IMG/VR virus record: IMGVR_UViG_3300027850_000001
Coordinates: 1 to 40,143 of that record
Length of the DNA: 40,143 nt
Source: a virus
Direction: 5' to 3' (one strand)
Shown: piece after piece, positions 31,078 to 40,143 of the stretch
How positions within the stretch are numbered: position 1 is the first letter of the stretch
How the letters are laid out: each line of letters opens with the position of its first letter
The notes under the pieces: generated by a model
Databases searched by the model: none
What the model was told of the DNA's origin: nothing
The model's input: only the letters and a program-made list of their open reading frames with translations
Position numbers and translations under genes: made by a program

Positions 31078-32570
31078 AAATGGAGTTACAAGAAAACCTA
31101 CTTTACACTATTTTGCAACGGACGCATGAGGACTATGACTTCTATGCTAGTACTTGGAAAACGATATCGGAGTTACGTGACGGCGCTCCTAGCATCCTAA
31201 GGAACATCGAATACTATCTCCCTATGAAGCCTGACGAAACACGGAGGGACTATCAAAGCAGAATGAAGCGGTTTAGTTACACGCCTATCTTTAGTACTGC
31301 CATAAAGGATACAGCAGCCAAGCTAGCAGCGTCACCACTATACGTCAACACGCAAGGTGATATCGATACAGTCTTTGACTATATTAGGGGTCATAACGAC
31401 GCTAGGGGAACCCGTGACGAAAGAACACTAGTTCAAGATATCTTTCTTGAGATGTTGTATTACGGCAAAGTTTACATTGTGGCGGATAGGAGACAACCCG
31501 AACAGACACCACGTAGTAAGGCGGAAGAGACTGCTTTAGCTATGCCTTATTTGAACATACTACCCGTGACAAGTGTTGTCGACTGGAATAGGGATGACGA
31601 CTGGTTTAAGGTGCGGGAAATAGTGGCTGAAAGAACACCTATAGCTTTAGACTATAAAGTTCGATACACGTACTATATGCCGGGACAAACCGTAGTATAT
31701 GAAGCTCCGGTTCAGTTGAAAAATGGCGAAGTCTGGAAAGTATGGAACGGTTCCAAGTTTATGTTGCCAAACACGCCAGGTCTAAGCTTGCCTATGACAG
31801 TGTTCCCTCATAATGCAGCTAACAGTCTTGTAACAGTTGGCGAACTGCCAGCCGAACTATGGGTAGGTTGTATGTGTTATTTGAAGCAAATACAACACAT
31901 GAATATCGAGTCAAGTTGGGGTGATAGTGGTGTTTTGGCTGGGACTATCCAAAGGGTGTTTACGCCGTCACCACCTGTTGCTAACGATAACCCCTCATAC
32001 TTGCAGGAAGAACCGGAGTATGATAAGGTGTTACTCGGAAACAGACAAGTTTTAGTGGGTGCATCATTCCAGTTTGTCGAGTCGACAGGGCAAGCTATTC
32101 GGAACCTGACAGACCAACTACGGACTATTGAGGAACAAATAAAAGCTATCGTCTCAATGAGGTTTGCATCGTCTGATACATCAGTACTAGCGCAAAGTGG
32201 TGCTAGCAAGATGGTTGACCAAATACAACTGATAAATACGATGCGAGACTATGGTAACAGGGTACGTCATGTTTATGAAGCCGCACTCCAAAACATAGCT
32301 ATTTTGATGGGACTATCGCCAGACGATATCGTGGTGCAAGGTCTGAATGACTTCAATGTCGACGACATCAAAGAAGAACTACTAAACGCTGTATCAGTAG
32401 ACGGACTTCGCGGTAACATCCCCTTAACAGCCCAAAAACTATTTTGGCAAAAGATATCCAAGATGTTGACCGGGACAGTTTCGACAGTGGATGAGGATAC
32501 GATACGTGATGAGTTAGAAGTGATATTCAACCCGGCAAACAATGTGACACCTGTAGGAGAGGTATTGTAA
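31074..32570 (+). CDS. Portal protein.
   Basis: 498 aa, first large gene of the head module, followed by scaffold-like and capsid-like genes. The call is from size and synteny. Confidence 0.6.
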   Translation: MKMELQENLLYTILQRTHEDYDFYASTWKTISELRDGAPSILRNIEYYLPMKPDETRRDYQSRMKRFSYTPIFSTAIKDTAAKLAASPLYVNTQGDIDTVFDYIRGHNDARGTRDERTLVQDIFLEMLYYGKVYIVADRRQPEQTPRSKAEETALAMPYLNILPVTSVVDWNRDDDWFKVREIVAERTPIALDYKVRYTYYMPGQTVVYEAPVQLKNGEVWKVWNGSKFMLPNTPGLSLPMTVFPHNAANSLVTVGELPAELWVGCMCYLKQIQHMNIESSWGDSGVLAGTIQRVFTPSPPVANDNPSYLQEEPEYDKVLLGNRQVLVGASFQFVESTGQAIRNLTDQLRTIEEQIKAIVSMRFASSDTSVLAQSGASKMVDQIQLINTMRDYGNRVRHVYEAALQNIAILMGLSPDDIVVQGLNDFNVDDIKEELLNAVSVDGLRGNIPLTAQKLFWQKISKMLTGTVSTVDEDTIRDELEVIFNPANNVTPVGEVL

Positions 32571-32824
32571 TGCTTGTAAAGCGTAAACGGCGTAAGGCGT
32601 CATCGAGACGGTTACGTCAGCGCGGCGGGCTATTCGCGGCAACTGGCGCAAGAAAGAGTACTAACAGACGGTTACTTTCTATGGGCATCCGTGCCGGAAG
32701 AAAAGCCACTAGGTTAGGGAAAAGCGCGTTACGGTTAGCTAAAAAACGTCCAAGGTTAGCGGCGGGCTTAGGTTTAGTAAGTGTCGGAGCGTTGGGGATA
32801 GCGGCTAGGAGGTTAGGTCGTTAA
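32570..32824 (+). CDS. Hyper-basic small protein, possible internal/DNA-associated virion protein.
   Basis: 84 aa, about 30 percent Arg+Lys (MLVKRKRRKASSRRLRQRGG...AKKRPRLAAGLGLVSVGALGIAARRLGR). TAATG overlap with the portal stop. Confidence 0.55.
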   Translation: MLVKRKRRKASSRRLRQRGGLFAATGARKSTNRRLLSMGIRAGRKATRLGKSALRLAKKRPRLAAGLGLVSVGALGIAARRLGR

Positions 32825-32865
32825 ACAAAACAAAGTATAGGAAGAACATAACAAGGGTACTAAAA

Positions 32866-33450
32866 ATGGAAGAAAGTCAAGTTCGAGAGTTATTTGCCAG
32901 TTTAATGACTGAACATGCAGCAAGCCTAAAAGCTACCCTTGCCGAACATTCCAAGGTTTTATTGGAAGATGTTTCGAGATACGTCGACGACCGCACTGAA
33001 GCATTGGAGTCACATGTTACAAACCCTGTTGCTGTTCCTACTGATACCGTGGATGATACAAACCCGCTTAGTAAGCGCCTACAACTCCTTGAAACAGAGT
33101 TGGCAACAGAGAAGGCTTCAAAGGCAGTTAGGGAAAAAGAAAACCAGACCCTAGCCTTTAAACAGTCTATCAATGATGAACTAGGTAAAGTGCAAGGTTT
33201 GCAGTATTCCGGTGTAGTACATGAACTACTTTACAACCGTCTGAATGAAGGTTACGAAACAAAAGACAACGCCATCGTAACAAAGAATGGACGAACACTG
33301 TCGGAAGAAGTCACCACTTTTTTGGGAACTGAAGAAGGTAAACATTTTCTCAAACCAGTTCAAGTTACCGCAACTTTAGGCGCAAAGCCACCTCAAGCTA
33401 CAACACGCAGTGAGTCAGCTAAAACTCTGGCGCAAGCTCTACTCGGATAA
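32866..33450 (+). CDS. Scaffolding protein.
   Basis: 194 aa, acidic, with helical/coiled-coil character (LQLLETELATEKASKAVREKENQTLAFKQ). It lies directly upstream of the capsid gene. Confidence 0.55.
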   Translation: MEESQVRELFASLMTEHAASLKATLAEHSKVLLEDVSRYVDDRTEALESHVTNPVAVPTDTVDDTNPLSKRLQLLETELATEKASKAVREKENQTLAFKQSINDELGKVQGLQYSGVVHELLYNRLNEGYETKDNAIVTKNGRTLSEEVTTFLGTEEGKHFLKPVQVTATLGAKPPQATTRSESAKTLAQALLG

Positions 33451-33487
33451 ACACAGTAAAGAAGACACAACCCATTAGGTTACTACT

Positions 33488-34507
33488 ATGCCTTTAACTT
33501 CTATTGAGACTATCGCTAAAGCAGTTGAGCCAGCAGTCGCTAATACGCGCCTCACAGCTATCCCCTTACTTGTGAACCTATACGCCCGGAAAAGCATGCG
33601 TACTAAGTTCGACACCAGTCTTAACTGGAACGTTGACATGGGTGGTGCAGTTGCCGCTATTGAAGCAGTTACAGCTAACGGCTCATTAACCGCAACAGAT
33701 GACGTATTCGCAGCATCACTTCGTATCGGTCGTTACCGTGTGAAACATCAGTTCAACATCTCACGTATCGAGATAGAAGAAGCAGCTACACTTGCCGTTG
33801 AAGAACTAGCTGACTTGTTTGAAAGTCATGTTAAACGTGGTGTTTCTCGCATCCTCCGAACTATCAACCAACTTCTTTTCACTGGCGCGGGTAATGCTGG
33901 CGCGGCTGAAATATCCGGTCTAAGTGTAGTACGTGACAACACAGTATCTTATGCTGGTTTATCTCCCGTAACCTATCCTACTTGGCAAGCTATCCGGAAC
34001 ACAGACGCATCACCCCGTGCTTTGACTTCTAGCCTATTGTTAGACTTTCAACAAGTAGTCCAAGAGCAAGAAAGTTCTTACGACATGATAGTTTGCGCAC
34101 CCGGAATGGGAACCGCTTACACCAAGTTGTTTATCACTGCTGGCGGTGGTTTTGGTCTGACCCCAGATGAAGAAGTCAATGGCTTGACCCGTGTTGAACT
34201 TGGTATGGGTGGACGGTACTATCAAGGTATCCCCATTATTGAAGACCCCATGTGTTCTGCCGGAACCTTATACTTCCTCAATAGCCAAGACTTGAACGTC
34301 TATTCTTTCGCATTGCAACGTAGCGCGTCCAGTGGCGATATGGCAAACACAGCCATCATCAACCCGGAGTCAACCTACGGTATCAACGTTCACATTGCCG
34401 AACTACCTTCTAATAACAGTGCAGTTCGTTCCTTTGAACTTTATGCATTACCACAGTTCCGGGTATTCAACCGGAAGTCAGTTGCATCCCTAGATAGCTT
34501 AACTTAA
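33488..34507 (+). CDS. Major capsid protein.
   Basis: 339 aa. Position after the scaffold-like gene and size are typical of HK97-fold capsid proteins. No motif verified. Confidence 0.6.
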   Translation: MPLTSIETIAKAVEPAVANTRLTAIPLLVNLYARKSMRTKFDTSLNWNVDMGGAVAAIEAVTANGSLTATDDVFAASLRIGRYRVKHQFNISRIEIEEAATLAVEELADLFESHVKRGVSRILRTINQLLFTGAGNAGAAEISGLSVVRDNTVSYAGLSPVTYPTWQAIRNTDASPRALTSSLLLDFQQVVQEQESSYDMIVCAPGMGTAYTKLFITAGGGFGLTPDEEVNGLTRVELGMGGRYYQGIPIIEDPMCSAGTLYFLNSQDLNVYSFALQRSASSGDMANTAIINPESTYGINVHIAELPSNNSAVRSFELYALPQFRVFNRKSVASLDSLT

Positions 34508-34515
34508 GGTTCACA

Positions 34516-34902
34516 ATGGCTACCCCATTATCAATATCTGAAACATTAGGGTACTATGAAGTCATTATGACTCAGTACCCTATTTCTCTAAGTAGAATGG
34601 AGTTCATCGACGCGGCGTTCCTAAAACTTGTGGACGTCGACGTAGCGCTTGCATCCATAGTGACAGATGGTATGACAGAGCAAGTCGGAGATATGAAGCT
34701 AAACTATGGCAAACACGTTGCTATGTTGAAGCTAGAAGGCACTCGACTATTGTCAGCTATTTCCGCCTATTCCGGAATACCGATACGGTTTAATAAGTAC
34801 ACGGGTGCTTTGAACGAACAACTAACGTCAGCCGGGTCATATCCTTATCTCACCGCGCAAAGTCAAGGACACCGCCGATATAATATTCACAGTGACTTTT
34901 AG
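34516..34902 (+). CDS. Head-associated protein (head-tail connector or decoration candidate).
   Basis: 128-aa ORF between the capsid gene and the gp10-like gene. Confidence 0.4.
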   Translation: MATPLSISETLGYYEVIMTQYPISLSRMEFIDAAFLKLVDVDVALASIVTDGMTEQVGDMKLNYGKHVAMLKLEGTRLLSAISAYSGIPIRFNKYTGALNEQLTSAGSYPYLTAQSQGHRRYNIHSDF

Positions 34903-34911
34903 GAGGCTACC

Positions 34912-35400
34912 ATGTCTAAGAGTATTCAGTACTATGGTGAACTGTTTAACAAAGGACAAACCATAACACCTGAAATAAGAAAAGCAATAGATAGCACCAT
35001 ACCTTACGGTGTAGCTTTAATGAAACAAAGAAGCCCTGTAAAGACGGGTGCATTAAAGGCGGGGTGGAAAGGTAGGGCAAAGGGTCAAGGTATTGAATGG
35101 ACGAACGAAGTACCTTACACCATTTATCAAGAAATGGGAACTATACACTTTCCGGCGCGGGCTATGTTGACGTCATCGATGGCTGAAATAACAGCTCACT
35201 TCATGCAGCAACTAAATAGGGCAGTAGGTAAAAAGTTCAACACAAAACAAGGACGTAGCCTAGCCCAAAATGAGAAAAAGTTAGAGAAGGCTGGTGCGCA
35301 ACGGGCGGGTGAGATGACATCATCAGTACCAAAGTTTAGTGCGCCGGGTTACGCGAAACTGACAAGTGGCGGAACTGACATCACAGGTGGTTTTAAATAA
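34912..35400 (+). CDS. HK97 gp10-like head-tail joining protein.
   Basis: 162 aa. KTGALKAGWKG...VPYTIYQEMGTIHFPARAML resembles the HK97 gp10 family pattern (tG.L..s......Ya..vE.Gt....a.pfl). Confidence 0.5.
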   Translation: MSKSIQYYGELFNKGQTITPEIRKAIDSTIPYGVALMKQRSPVKTGALKAGWKGRAKGQGIEWTNEVPYTIYQEMGTIHFPARAMLTSSMAEITAHFMQQLNRAVGKKFNTKQGRSLAQNEKKLEKAGAQRAGEMTSSVPKFSAPGYAKLTSGGTDITGGFK

Positions 35401-35760
35401 ATGACGCTAACAAATAACCTATCAAGTTTGAAGCAAAGGTTGATAGCCAAGATACCTCCTAGCTTAGGGGTTAGGCAGTATCAGACGGTCGTCCTAACTC
35501 ACGGCGTGACAGTTTACACATTCACGGCAAAGGTGACTGAACCTACGCCCCAGATGCTGATAAACTTCCTAGCGTTAGGGGTGACAATAAATGGTGATAA
35601 CCTGATGGTGTCAAGCATCCCGTTGACTGTACCAGTTGCCGCCATAAAGTATGGAAAGATGGTTTTTCAGGATGGTACGAGAGGTGAAAGTAAGTATGTC
35701 GTGACAACTGCCATAGTCGAGAATAGTGCGATAGTAACGTTATTTAGGTCAAGAGTATGA
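35401..35760 (+). CDS. Neck/tail-completion protein candidate.
   Basis: 119-aa ORF contiguous with its neighbours. The call is from position only. Confidence 0.4.
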   Translation: MTLTNNLSSLKQRLIAKIPPSLGVRQYQTVVLTHGVTVYTFTAKVTEPTPQMLINFLALGVTINGDNLMVSSIPLTVPVAAIKYGKMVFQDGTRGESKYVVTTAIVENSAIVTLFRSRV

Positions 35761-36326
35761 AAACATCTTTATGGCGTACAGGCTTAAAAGCGTTCTTAGT
35801 GAAGTACCTGACAGTCTCGACATGGGAACTTGACTACCCATTGCAAGCGGGTGAGACGGTAGGGGTGCTACCTCCGATAACAGATGTCCACATCTATCGG
35901 AACGGTGGTAGTGTCATGCAAAGTGCTACGCAGGTTGTAGAGTTGATAAGTCGTATTGACGGAACCTTAAGGTATGACAACCTACCACTTTCTTTTTATG
36001 AAGGGATACATACTACGGTAGCTTACCGTTTATTAATGGAGTTTGGTGACATAGCTGACATCTTTCAACTTCAGTTGCATGCTAATGACCCGATAGCTAT
36101 TTCGGAGCGGGATGACGCGCGGGGTGACTGGTTTATCAGGGTGCAATGGTCAATGTCAGTTCAGTGGGTAGCGGAACTTGAAGTGGGAACACCAGGTTTA
36201 CCTTACGACTTTACCCAAATATTGGTAGGGATAAAACGCGCGTTACAACCGACAGTACCGGAAGACATCGTAGACCCGGCACGAAACATATTAGATACGA
36301 TACTAACTATTAACAGAGTACCTTAA
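35757..36326 (+). CDS. Neck/tail terminator candidate.
   Basis: 189-aa ORF with an ATGA overlap upstream, directly before the sheath gene. Confidence 0.4.
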   Translation: MKTSLWRTGLKAFLVKYLTVSTWELDYPLQAGETVGVLPPITDVHIYRNGGSVMQSATQVVELISRIDGTLRYDNLPLSFYEGIHTTVAYRLLMEFGDIADIFQLQLHANDPIAISERDDARGDWFIRVQWSMSVQWVAELEVGTPGLPYDFTQILVGIKRALQPTVPEDIVDPARNILDTILTINRVP

Positions 36327-36330
36327 GCCT

Positions 36331-37818
36331 ATGCCTATCTCACTATCGGTTTATAACACTCCCGGCGTTTACGTCGAAGAGAATACCTGGGGTGTGACGC
36401 CAGCGTCTTTGTCAGACCATAGCGCGGTATACCTGTTAGGTTACTCAAGCCAAGTAGACGCACCCAAAAACATCCCTACCTTTGTCCAAAGTTTTGATGA
36501 CTTCGTAAACCGCTTTGGAAGTACTAGTCTTTCCATCCCGGTTGTTAAGGCGTTCTTTGACCAAAGAACCGGAAGTGGTTTATACTTTGTAAACGTTGCT
36601 GCAAGTCCTAGCCGTACTTTAGTTTTCTCACCCCTAACAGTCGATACTGTCTTTTCCATTACGGTCAATGGTTTTGTCCACTCGACAACTGCTATCACTG
36701 GTGACACTGCTTTAACTATCGCAGGTCGTCTAGCCACTTTAGTAAACCAAGGTAGCGCTACCGTTTATTTAGATGGTTTAGTGCTTAAGCACGCAGCAGC
36801 AGATACCTTCTCTTTCACTGCCAACATCACACCAACTATTGTAACCGCGCCAGCGTCACCAGATATTCAAGATGTTCGGTTGACTTTGTTACGCACTTTC
36901 GATGCTGACATGCCTCAAGGTTTTGTCCTAGCTCCGGAGTTCTTCAAGCGCTTTACTTTGAACGCGGAACTGATACTACTTCAAAGTGGTATTGAAGCCC
37001 TTTGCGCTGACCCTGCGTTCTATTGGATAGGTGTTATCGACTGTTCTAACGCAGTAGCCATCTCGACAGATATCGTCCGCGCTAGCCAAACTGAACGTGC
37101 TTTATTTTCCAGTCCTAAAGGACATAGTTCTTACTATGCACCTTATGTAGTAGTCGAACTTGGCGTGACAGTTCCCGCAAGTATTTACGTAGTAGCAACT
37201 GCTTTACGGGCGCAACGTGACAGAGGTTTACAACAACCTCCGGCTGGTAAGAACTATCCTTTACGTGGTGTGACTGCTTTGACAGCCACTATCACAAAGA
37301 CGCAACAAAGTGTTATCAACCCTTTAGGTATCAACGCCCTCCGGTTCTTTCCTAATGTTGGCTTCTGCATTTATGGTGCGCGTACTTTGTCGACTAACCC
37401 TTTCTATCGCTTTTATTTAGTAAGGTTAGTTTTGAACATCCTAGCTGGTACTTTGGAAGTAGCCTACGACAACCTAGTCTTATCAGGTGTCGACGGGTTA
37501 GGTACTACCTTTGCCAACATCAAAGGAACGGGTGTTAGTGTTTGCGAAAGGTTACGAGTTGCGGGCGCGTTATATGGCGCTACACCTGACCTAGCTTATC
37601 GAGTTGTTTGTGACAGTAGTAACAACCTACCACTTGACCTAGAGAACGGTCGAGTTGCGGTCGACGTTATTATCGTGCCAACAGCGACTTTAGAAGTGAT
37701 GGTTGTCAGGATGGCACGCGCCGCTATCGGTTCACCTTTGACCGAAACTGTAACGGGAACTGTAAACACTGCTACGACTTCTATCACCACACCTCAAGTA
37801 TCAATACCTAAAGCATAA
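36331..37818 (+). CDS. Contractile tail sheath protein.
   Basis: 495 aa. The N-terminal YNTPGVYVEE motif is typical of sheath proteins. The tube-sized gene follows. Confidence 0.8.
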   Translation: MPISLSVYNTPGVYVEENTWGVTPASLSDHSAVYLLGYSSQVDAPKNIPTFVQSFDDFVNRFGSTSLSIPVVKAFFDQRTGSGLYFVNVAASPSRTLVFSPLTVDTVFSITVNGFVHSTTAITGDTALTIAGRLATLVNQGSATVYLDGLVLKHAAADTFSFTANITPTIVTAPASPDIQDVRLTLLRTFDADMPQGFVLAPEFFKRFTLNAELILLQSGIEALCADPAFYWIGVIDCSNAVAISTDIVRASQTERALFSSPKGHSSYYAPYVVVELGVTVPASIYVVATALRAQRDRGLQQPPAGKNYPLRGVTALTATITKTQQSVINPLGINALRFFPNVGFCIYGARTLSTNPFYRFYLVRLVLNILAGTLEVAYDNLVLSGVDGLGTTFANIKGTGVSVCERLRVAGALYGATPDLAYRVVCDSSNNLPLDLENGRVAVDVIIVPTATLEVMVVRMARAAIGSPLTETVTGTVNTATTSITTPQVSIPKA

Positions 37819-37826
37819 GGAACTAA

Positions 37827-38288
37827 ATGGCAAACCTTAAACCTATCACGGTTCAAAACTTTATCGTTACGGTTAATGGTGCTACCGGGTTATCCGGTAA
37901 CATCCTGTTTACAAAGGCTAGTGCGCCTTCTTTTTCCAGACCTGAAGTAGCTTACAATGACGGACAAACCGGGCAGACCTTAGCTACCTTTGGGTTCTCT
38001 TCGAGAGAAAAGCTGACCTTATCAAAACCTTATGACCCTGTTCAAGATGAGGCTTTGGAACTATGGGCACAAAAAGAAGTAGAGAACGCTAACGCGGATA
38101 CTGCCTTTACTGTCACGGTTCAACCAGTTACAAGTGACATAGCCGGAACACCTATTGCGTCAGCTAAGGCGCGGGTCTATACGGGGTGTGTTGTGACAAG
38201 ACTGCGAGTTGCGGAAGTGGATAGAACATCGTCTTCACTTGCAATGCTTGAGATAGAAGTGTACTTCCAAAATAGTACAAAACAGTAA
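37827..38288 (+). CDS. Tail tube protein.
   Basis: 153 aa, immediately after the sheath gene and before the chaperone and tape measure genes. Confidence 0.6.
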   Translation: MANLKPITVQNFIVTVNGATGLSGNILFTKASAPSFSRPEVAYNDGQTGQTLATFGFSSREKLTLSKPYDPVQDEALELWAQKEVENANADTAFTVTVQPVTSDIAGTPIASAKARVYTGCVVTRLRVAEVDRTSSSLAMLEIEVYFQNSTKQ

Positions 38289-38320
38289 ACATGGTAAAGG
38301 TGAACCTAACCTGAAAAGCC

Positions 38321-38578
38321 ATGACAAGTAACCTTACCGTAACGCTATCGGATAACCGTATCATCACGCTTGAAGCTCCCAAAGGAAAACACCTGAAACA
38401 TATTGCAGGTTTTGTCACGGCGGGAGATGACCAAATAACAGCGTCATATAAGATGATAAGTATTTTAAGTAGTCCAGTGTTGTCTTTAGAAGAAATAGAC
38501 GAACTAGACTTGGCAGACGCGGTGAGGTTACTAAATGCAGTAGGAACCTTTCAGTCTCTCAACACACCCACATCCTAG
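38321..38578 (+). CDS. Tail assembly chaperone (gpG analogue).
   Basis: 85 aa, between the tube and tape measure genes. It overlaps an out-of-frame extension that ends just before the tape measure ATG. Confidence 0.6.
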   Translation: MTSNLTVTLSDNRIITLEAPKGKHLKHIAGFVTAGDDQITASYKMISILSSPVLSLEEIDELDLADAVRLLNAVGTFQSLNTPTS

Positions 38579-38786
38579 TGGAGAAGCACATCTTTGCCAG
38601 TTCCAATATGAAGGACGTGGCTTCACAAGGCTAGAACTATTACAAGCGGTTATCGCGGCAAGCGGACGTAAGGTGGTAGGTCTAGCTTTGGTGTGGGAAG
38701 ACAGAGAGATATGGCAACTGATAGAACTGATAGAAACGATGTCCGAGTTAGGGCAGTCCGATATAGATGAGGATAACTGGGAGTAA
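38544..38786 (+). CDS. Out-of-frame extension of the chaperone (gpGT analogue), in the +1 (equivalently -2) frame.
   Basis: This frame is open from 38544 to TAA 38784-38786 (EPFSLSTHPHPSGEAHLCQFQYEGRGFTRLELLQAVIAASGRKVVGLALVWEDREIWQLIELIETMSELGQSDIDEDNWE). There is no ATG before 38739. It ends 3 nt before ATG 38790. Confidence 0.5.
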   Translation, partial: EPFSLSTHPHPSGEAHLCQFQYEGRGFTRLELLQAVIAASGRKVVGLALVWEDREIWQLIELIETMSELGQSDIDEDNWE

Positions 38787-38789
38787 AGT

Positions 38790-40143
38790 ATGGTACTACC
38801 TATCGCCGCAATAGTCGGAGGTGTTGCAGCAGCGTCGACAATAGCATCAGGTATTGGCAACATCATCCAAGTAGGCATCGATGTCAAAGACAACTTGACA
38901 CCGACTTTAGAAACGTATGAAGGCAAGATACAGACTTTAGAACAGGTTACGAACAGTTGGTTTAATGGCTTCACGCGGGCTATACCTTCAAACTTGCTAG
39001 ACGGTTTACGTTCAGGTGTCGACTATATTAGAGATGGTTTGTGGTCAGCCGCCCAAATGCAAACTTCTATTATTGCGTCATCGTCCGAACTGGCGGTGAA
39101 CATGAAGATACCTATTGGAGACGCGAGAAAACTGATAGAAAGTAGTCAAGTTGCCATTGCGAATATAGCAGCAGCTTTGCCAGGGGAAACTGCTGGTTAT
39201 GCTAGTATCTACCGGAGTATCGCGGGTTCACTTTCAAAGCAGTTTAGTGGAGATGACTTTACAGCAAAGAGTGAAGAGTTTACAAAACGAATAGGTATTC
39301 TTGCTGCTATTCGCGGGGTTGATATGAACAACGCTGGGAACGCGAGTAACAGGTTCTTGACCGGGACAACTGGTTTTCAAGAGTCGATGGTAGCGGATAT
39401 CTTTCAAAACAACGCAAACCTTCAAAGCAACTTACGTGACCAGCTTGCGAAAAATGGCTTGTCTCCGGAAGACTGGAAAAGCATAACACAGGAAGCGCGA
39501 ACTAAGGTTTACTTGACCGCCTTACAGATGTCAGCGCCAGATAGTTTGATAGCCGAGTTTGAAGGTACTTTCCAAGGTACAGTCGAGACTATCAAGACAA
39601 AGATATTTGACCCGCTAACAGGGTTGTTTGGCATCCTACGCCAAGTTGAAGGTAAAGATAAACGTTCAGTACTCGACGCGGCTAATGGCATCTTGCAAGC
39701 CTTAAAAAGCGTAGGTGACATGTTTGAGAAGTTGGCTGGCGGCTTAGGTGTAAACCTTGACCCACTTTACTATCTGATAGGGTTCTTCGATGAAATAACA
39801 AAGGTGGTCAAAACCATTAGGGCGTCAATGAACAGTGTCGACGCTATTGGGTTCTTGGCTGACTATGTGAACGACCTACCCGGCATGATAGGTAGTTGGG
39901 CGGTGGGTGCTATCAAATATCTTTCCTCATTAGTTGACCGACTATTGGGCGCGGGGTTAAACGGGTCTGAACTTGGCAAAGTGGCTGGGACAGTTATGAA
40001 CATGTTCGAGACTATCAAAGACAACGTTCTCGATAACATAGATGTCAAGCAACTTGCTGAACTATATTTCAGAATATCGAAAGAGATAGCTGACTTCCAA
40101 GGTGAACTTTGGTGGTCGTCCATCAAAATAATACCAACACGTA
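38790..40143 (+). CDS. Tail tape measure protein, N-terminal part (runs off the window and continues at 128..567).
   Basis: ATG at 38790 (MVLPIAAIVGGVAAASTIASGIG...). The frame is open to the window end and in frame with 1..567 after the overlap is collapsed. Confidence 0.7.
   Translation, partial: MVLPIAAIVGGVAAASTIASGIGNIIQVGIDVKDNLTPTLETYEGKIQTLEQVTNSWFNGFTRAIPSNLLDGLRSGVDYIRDGLWSAAQMQTSIIASSSELAVNMKIPIGDARKLIESSQVAIANIAAALPGETAGYASIYRSIAGSLSKQFSGDDFTAKSEEFTKRIGILAAIRGVDMNNAGNASNRFLTGTTGFQESMVADIFQNNANLQSNLRDQLAKNGLSPEDWKSITQEARTKVYLTALQMSAPDSLIAEFEGTFQGTVETIKTKIFDPLTGLFGILRQVEGKDKRSVLDAANGILQALKSVGDMFEKLAGGLGVNLDPLYYLIGFFDEITKVVKTIRASMNSVDAIGFLADYVNDLPGMIGSWAVGAIKYLSSLVDRLLGAGLNGSELGKVAGTVMNMFETIKDNVLDNIDVKQLAELYFRISKEIADFQGELWWSSIKIIPTR
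40017..40143. repeat. Second copy of the 127-bp terminal repeat.
   Basis: Exact match to 1..127. Confidence 0.95.

Noticed and set aside
38545-38634. Conventional -1 frameshift for the tail chaperone.
   Set aside because: The -1 frame closes after about 19 extra codons, and no X XXY YYZ heptamer is present. The +1/-2 frame reaches the tape measure start instead.

Overview
The window is a complete dsDNA tailed-phage genome of the contractile-tail (myovirus) type, about 40.0 kb, assembled as a circle. Bases 1..127 recur exactly at 40017..40143, so the unique length is 40016 bp and the tape-measure gene is split across the window ends. There are two transcription arms. (1) The plus-strand structural arm runs 30766 -> junction -> 3660: possible small terminase, portal, hyper-basic protein, scaffold, capsid, neck proteins, sheath, tube, chaperone with out-of-frame extension, tape measure, and gpV/gpW/gpJ-like baseplate proteins. 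(2) The long minus-strand arm runs 30493 -> 3657. It holds an RHH regulator, an HTH protein, a paralog-rich early region and replication genes (family A DNA polymerase, P4/D5-type helicase, FEN exonuclease, SSB-like protein, dNMP kinase). Unusually, it also holds the large terminase and the gpI-like/tail-fibre genes. Two plus-strand islands interrupt the minus arm: a 760-aa hub-like protein with two muralytic domains, and a small holin-like cassette. Transcription appears to use host-type promoters: eight (near-)consensus TTGACA-N17-TAnnAT promoters and about nine extended -10 TGTTAnnAT promoters. I saw no phage RNA polymerase, integrase, tRNA or CRISPR array. Host is not inferable from sequence alone. 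The most interesting signals are: (a) a ~0.65-kb ORF-free unit (28932..29584, minus) bounded by a promoter and a terminator and full of nested helices, a candidate large structured ncRNA; (b) a lambda PR'/tR'-like layout in which a short leader transcript ends at a strong terminator abutting the first late gene, with a second terminator inside the baseplate operon; (c) an AT-rich array of thirteen 9-bp repeats flanked by four 12-mer iteron-like motifs; (d) two tandem large paralogs on the strongest promoters, one ending in an SSB-tip-like DDDDEPF tail. All functional calls rest on motifs and synteny read by eye and need database confirmation.
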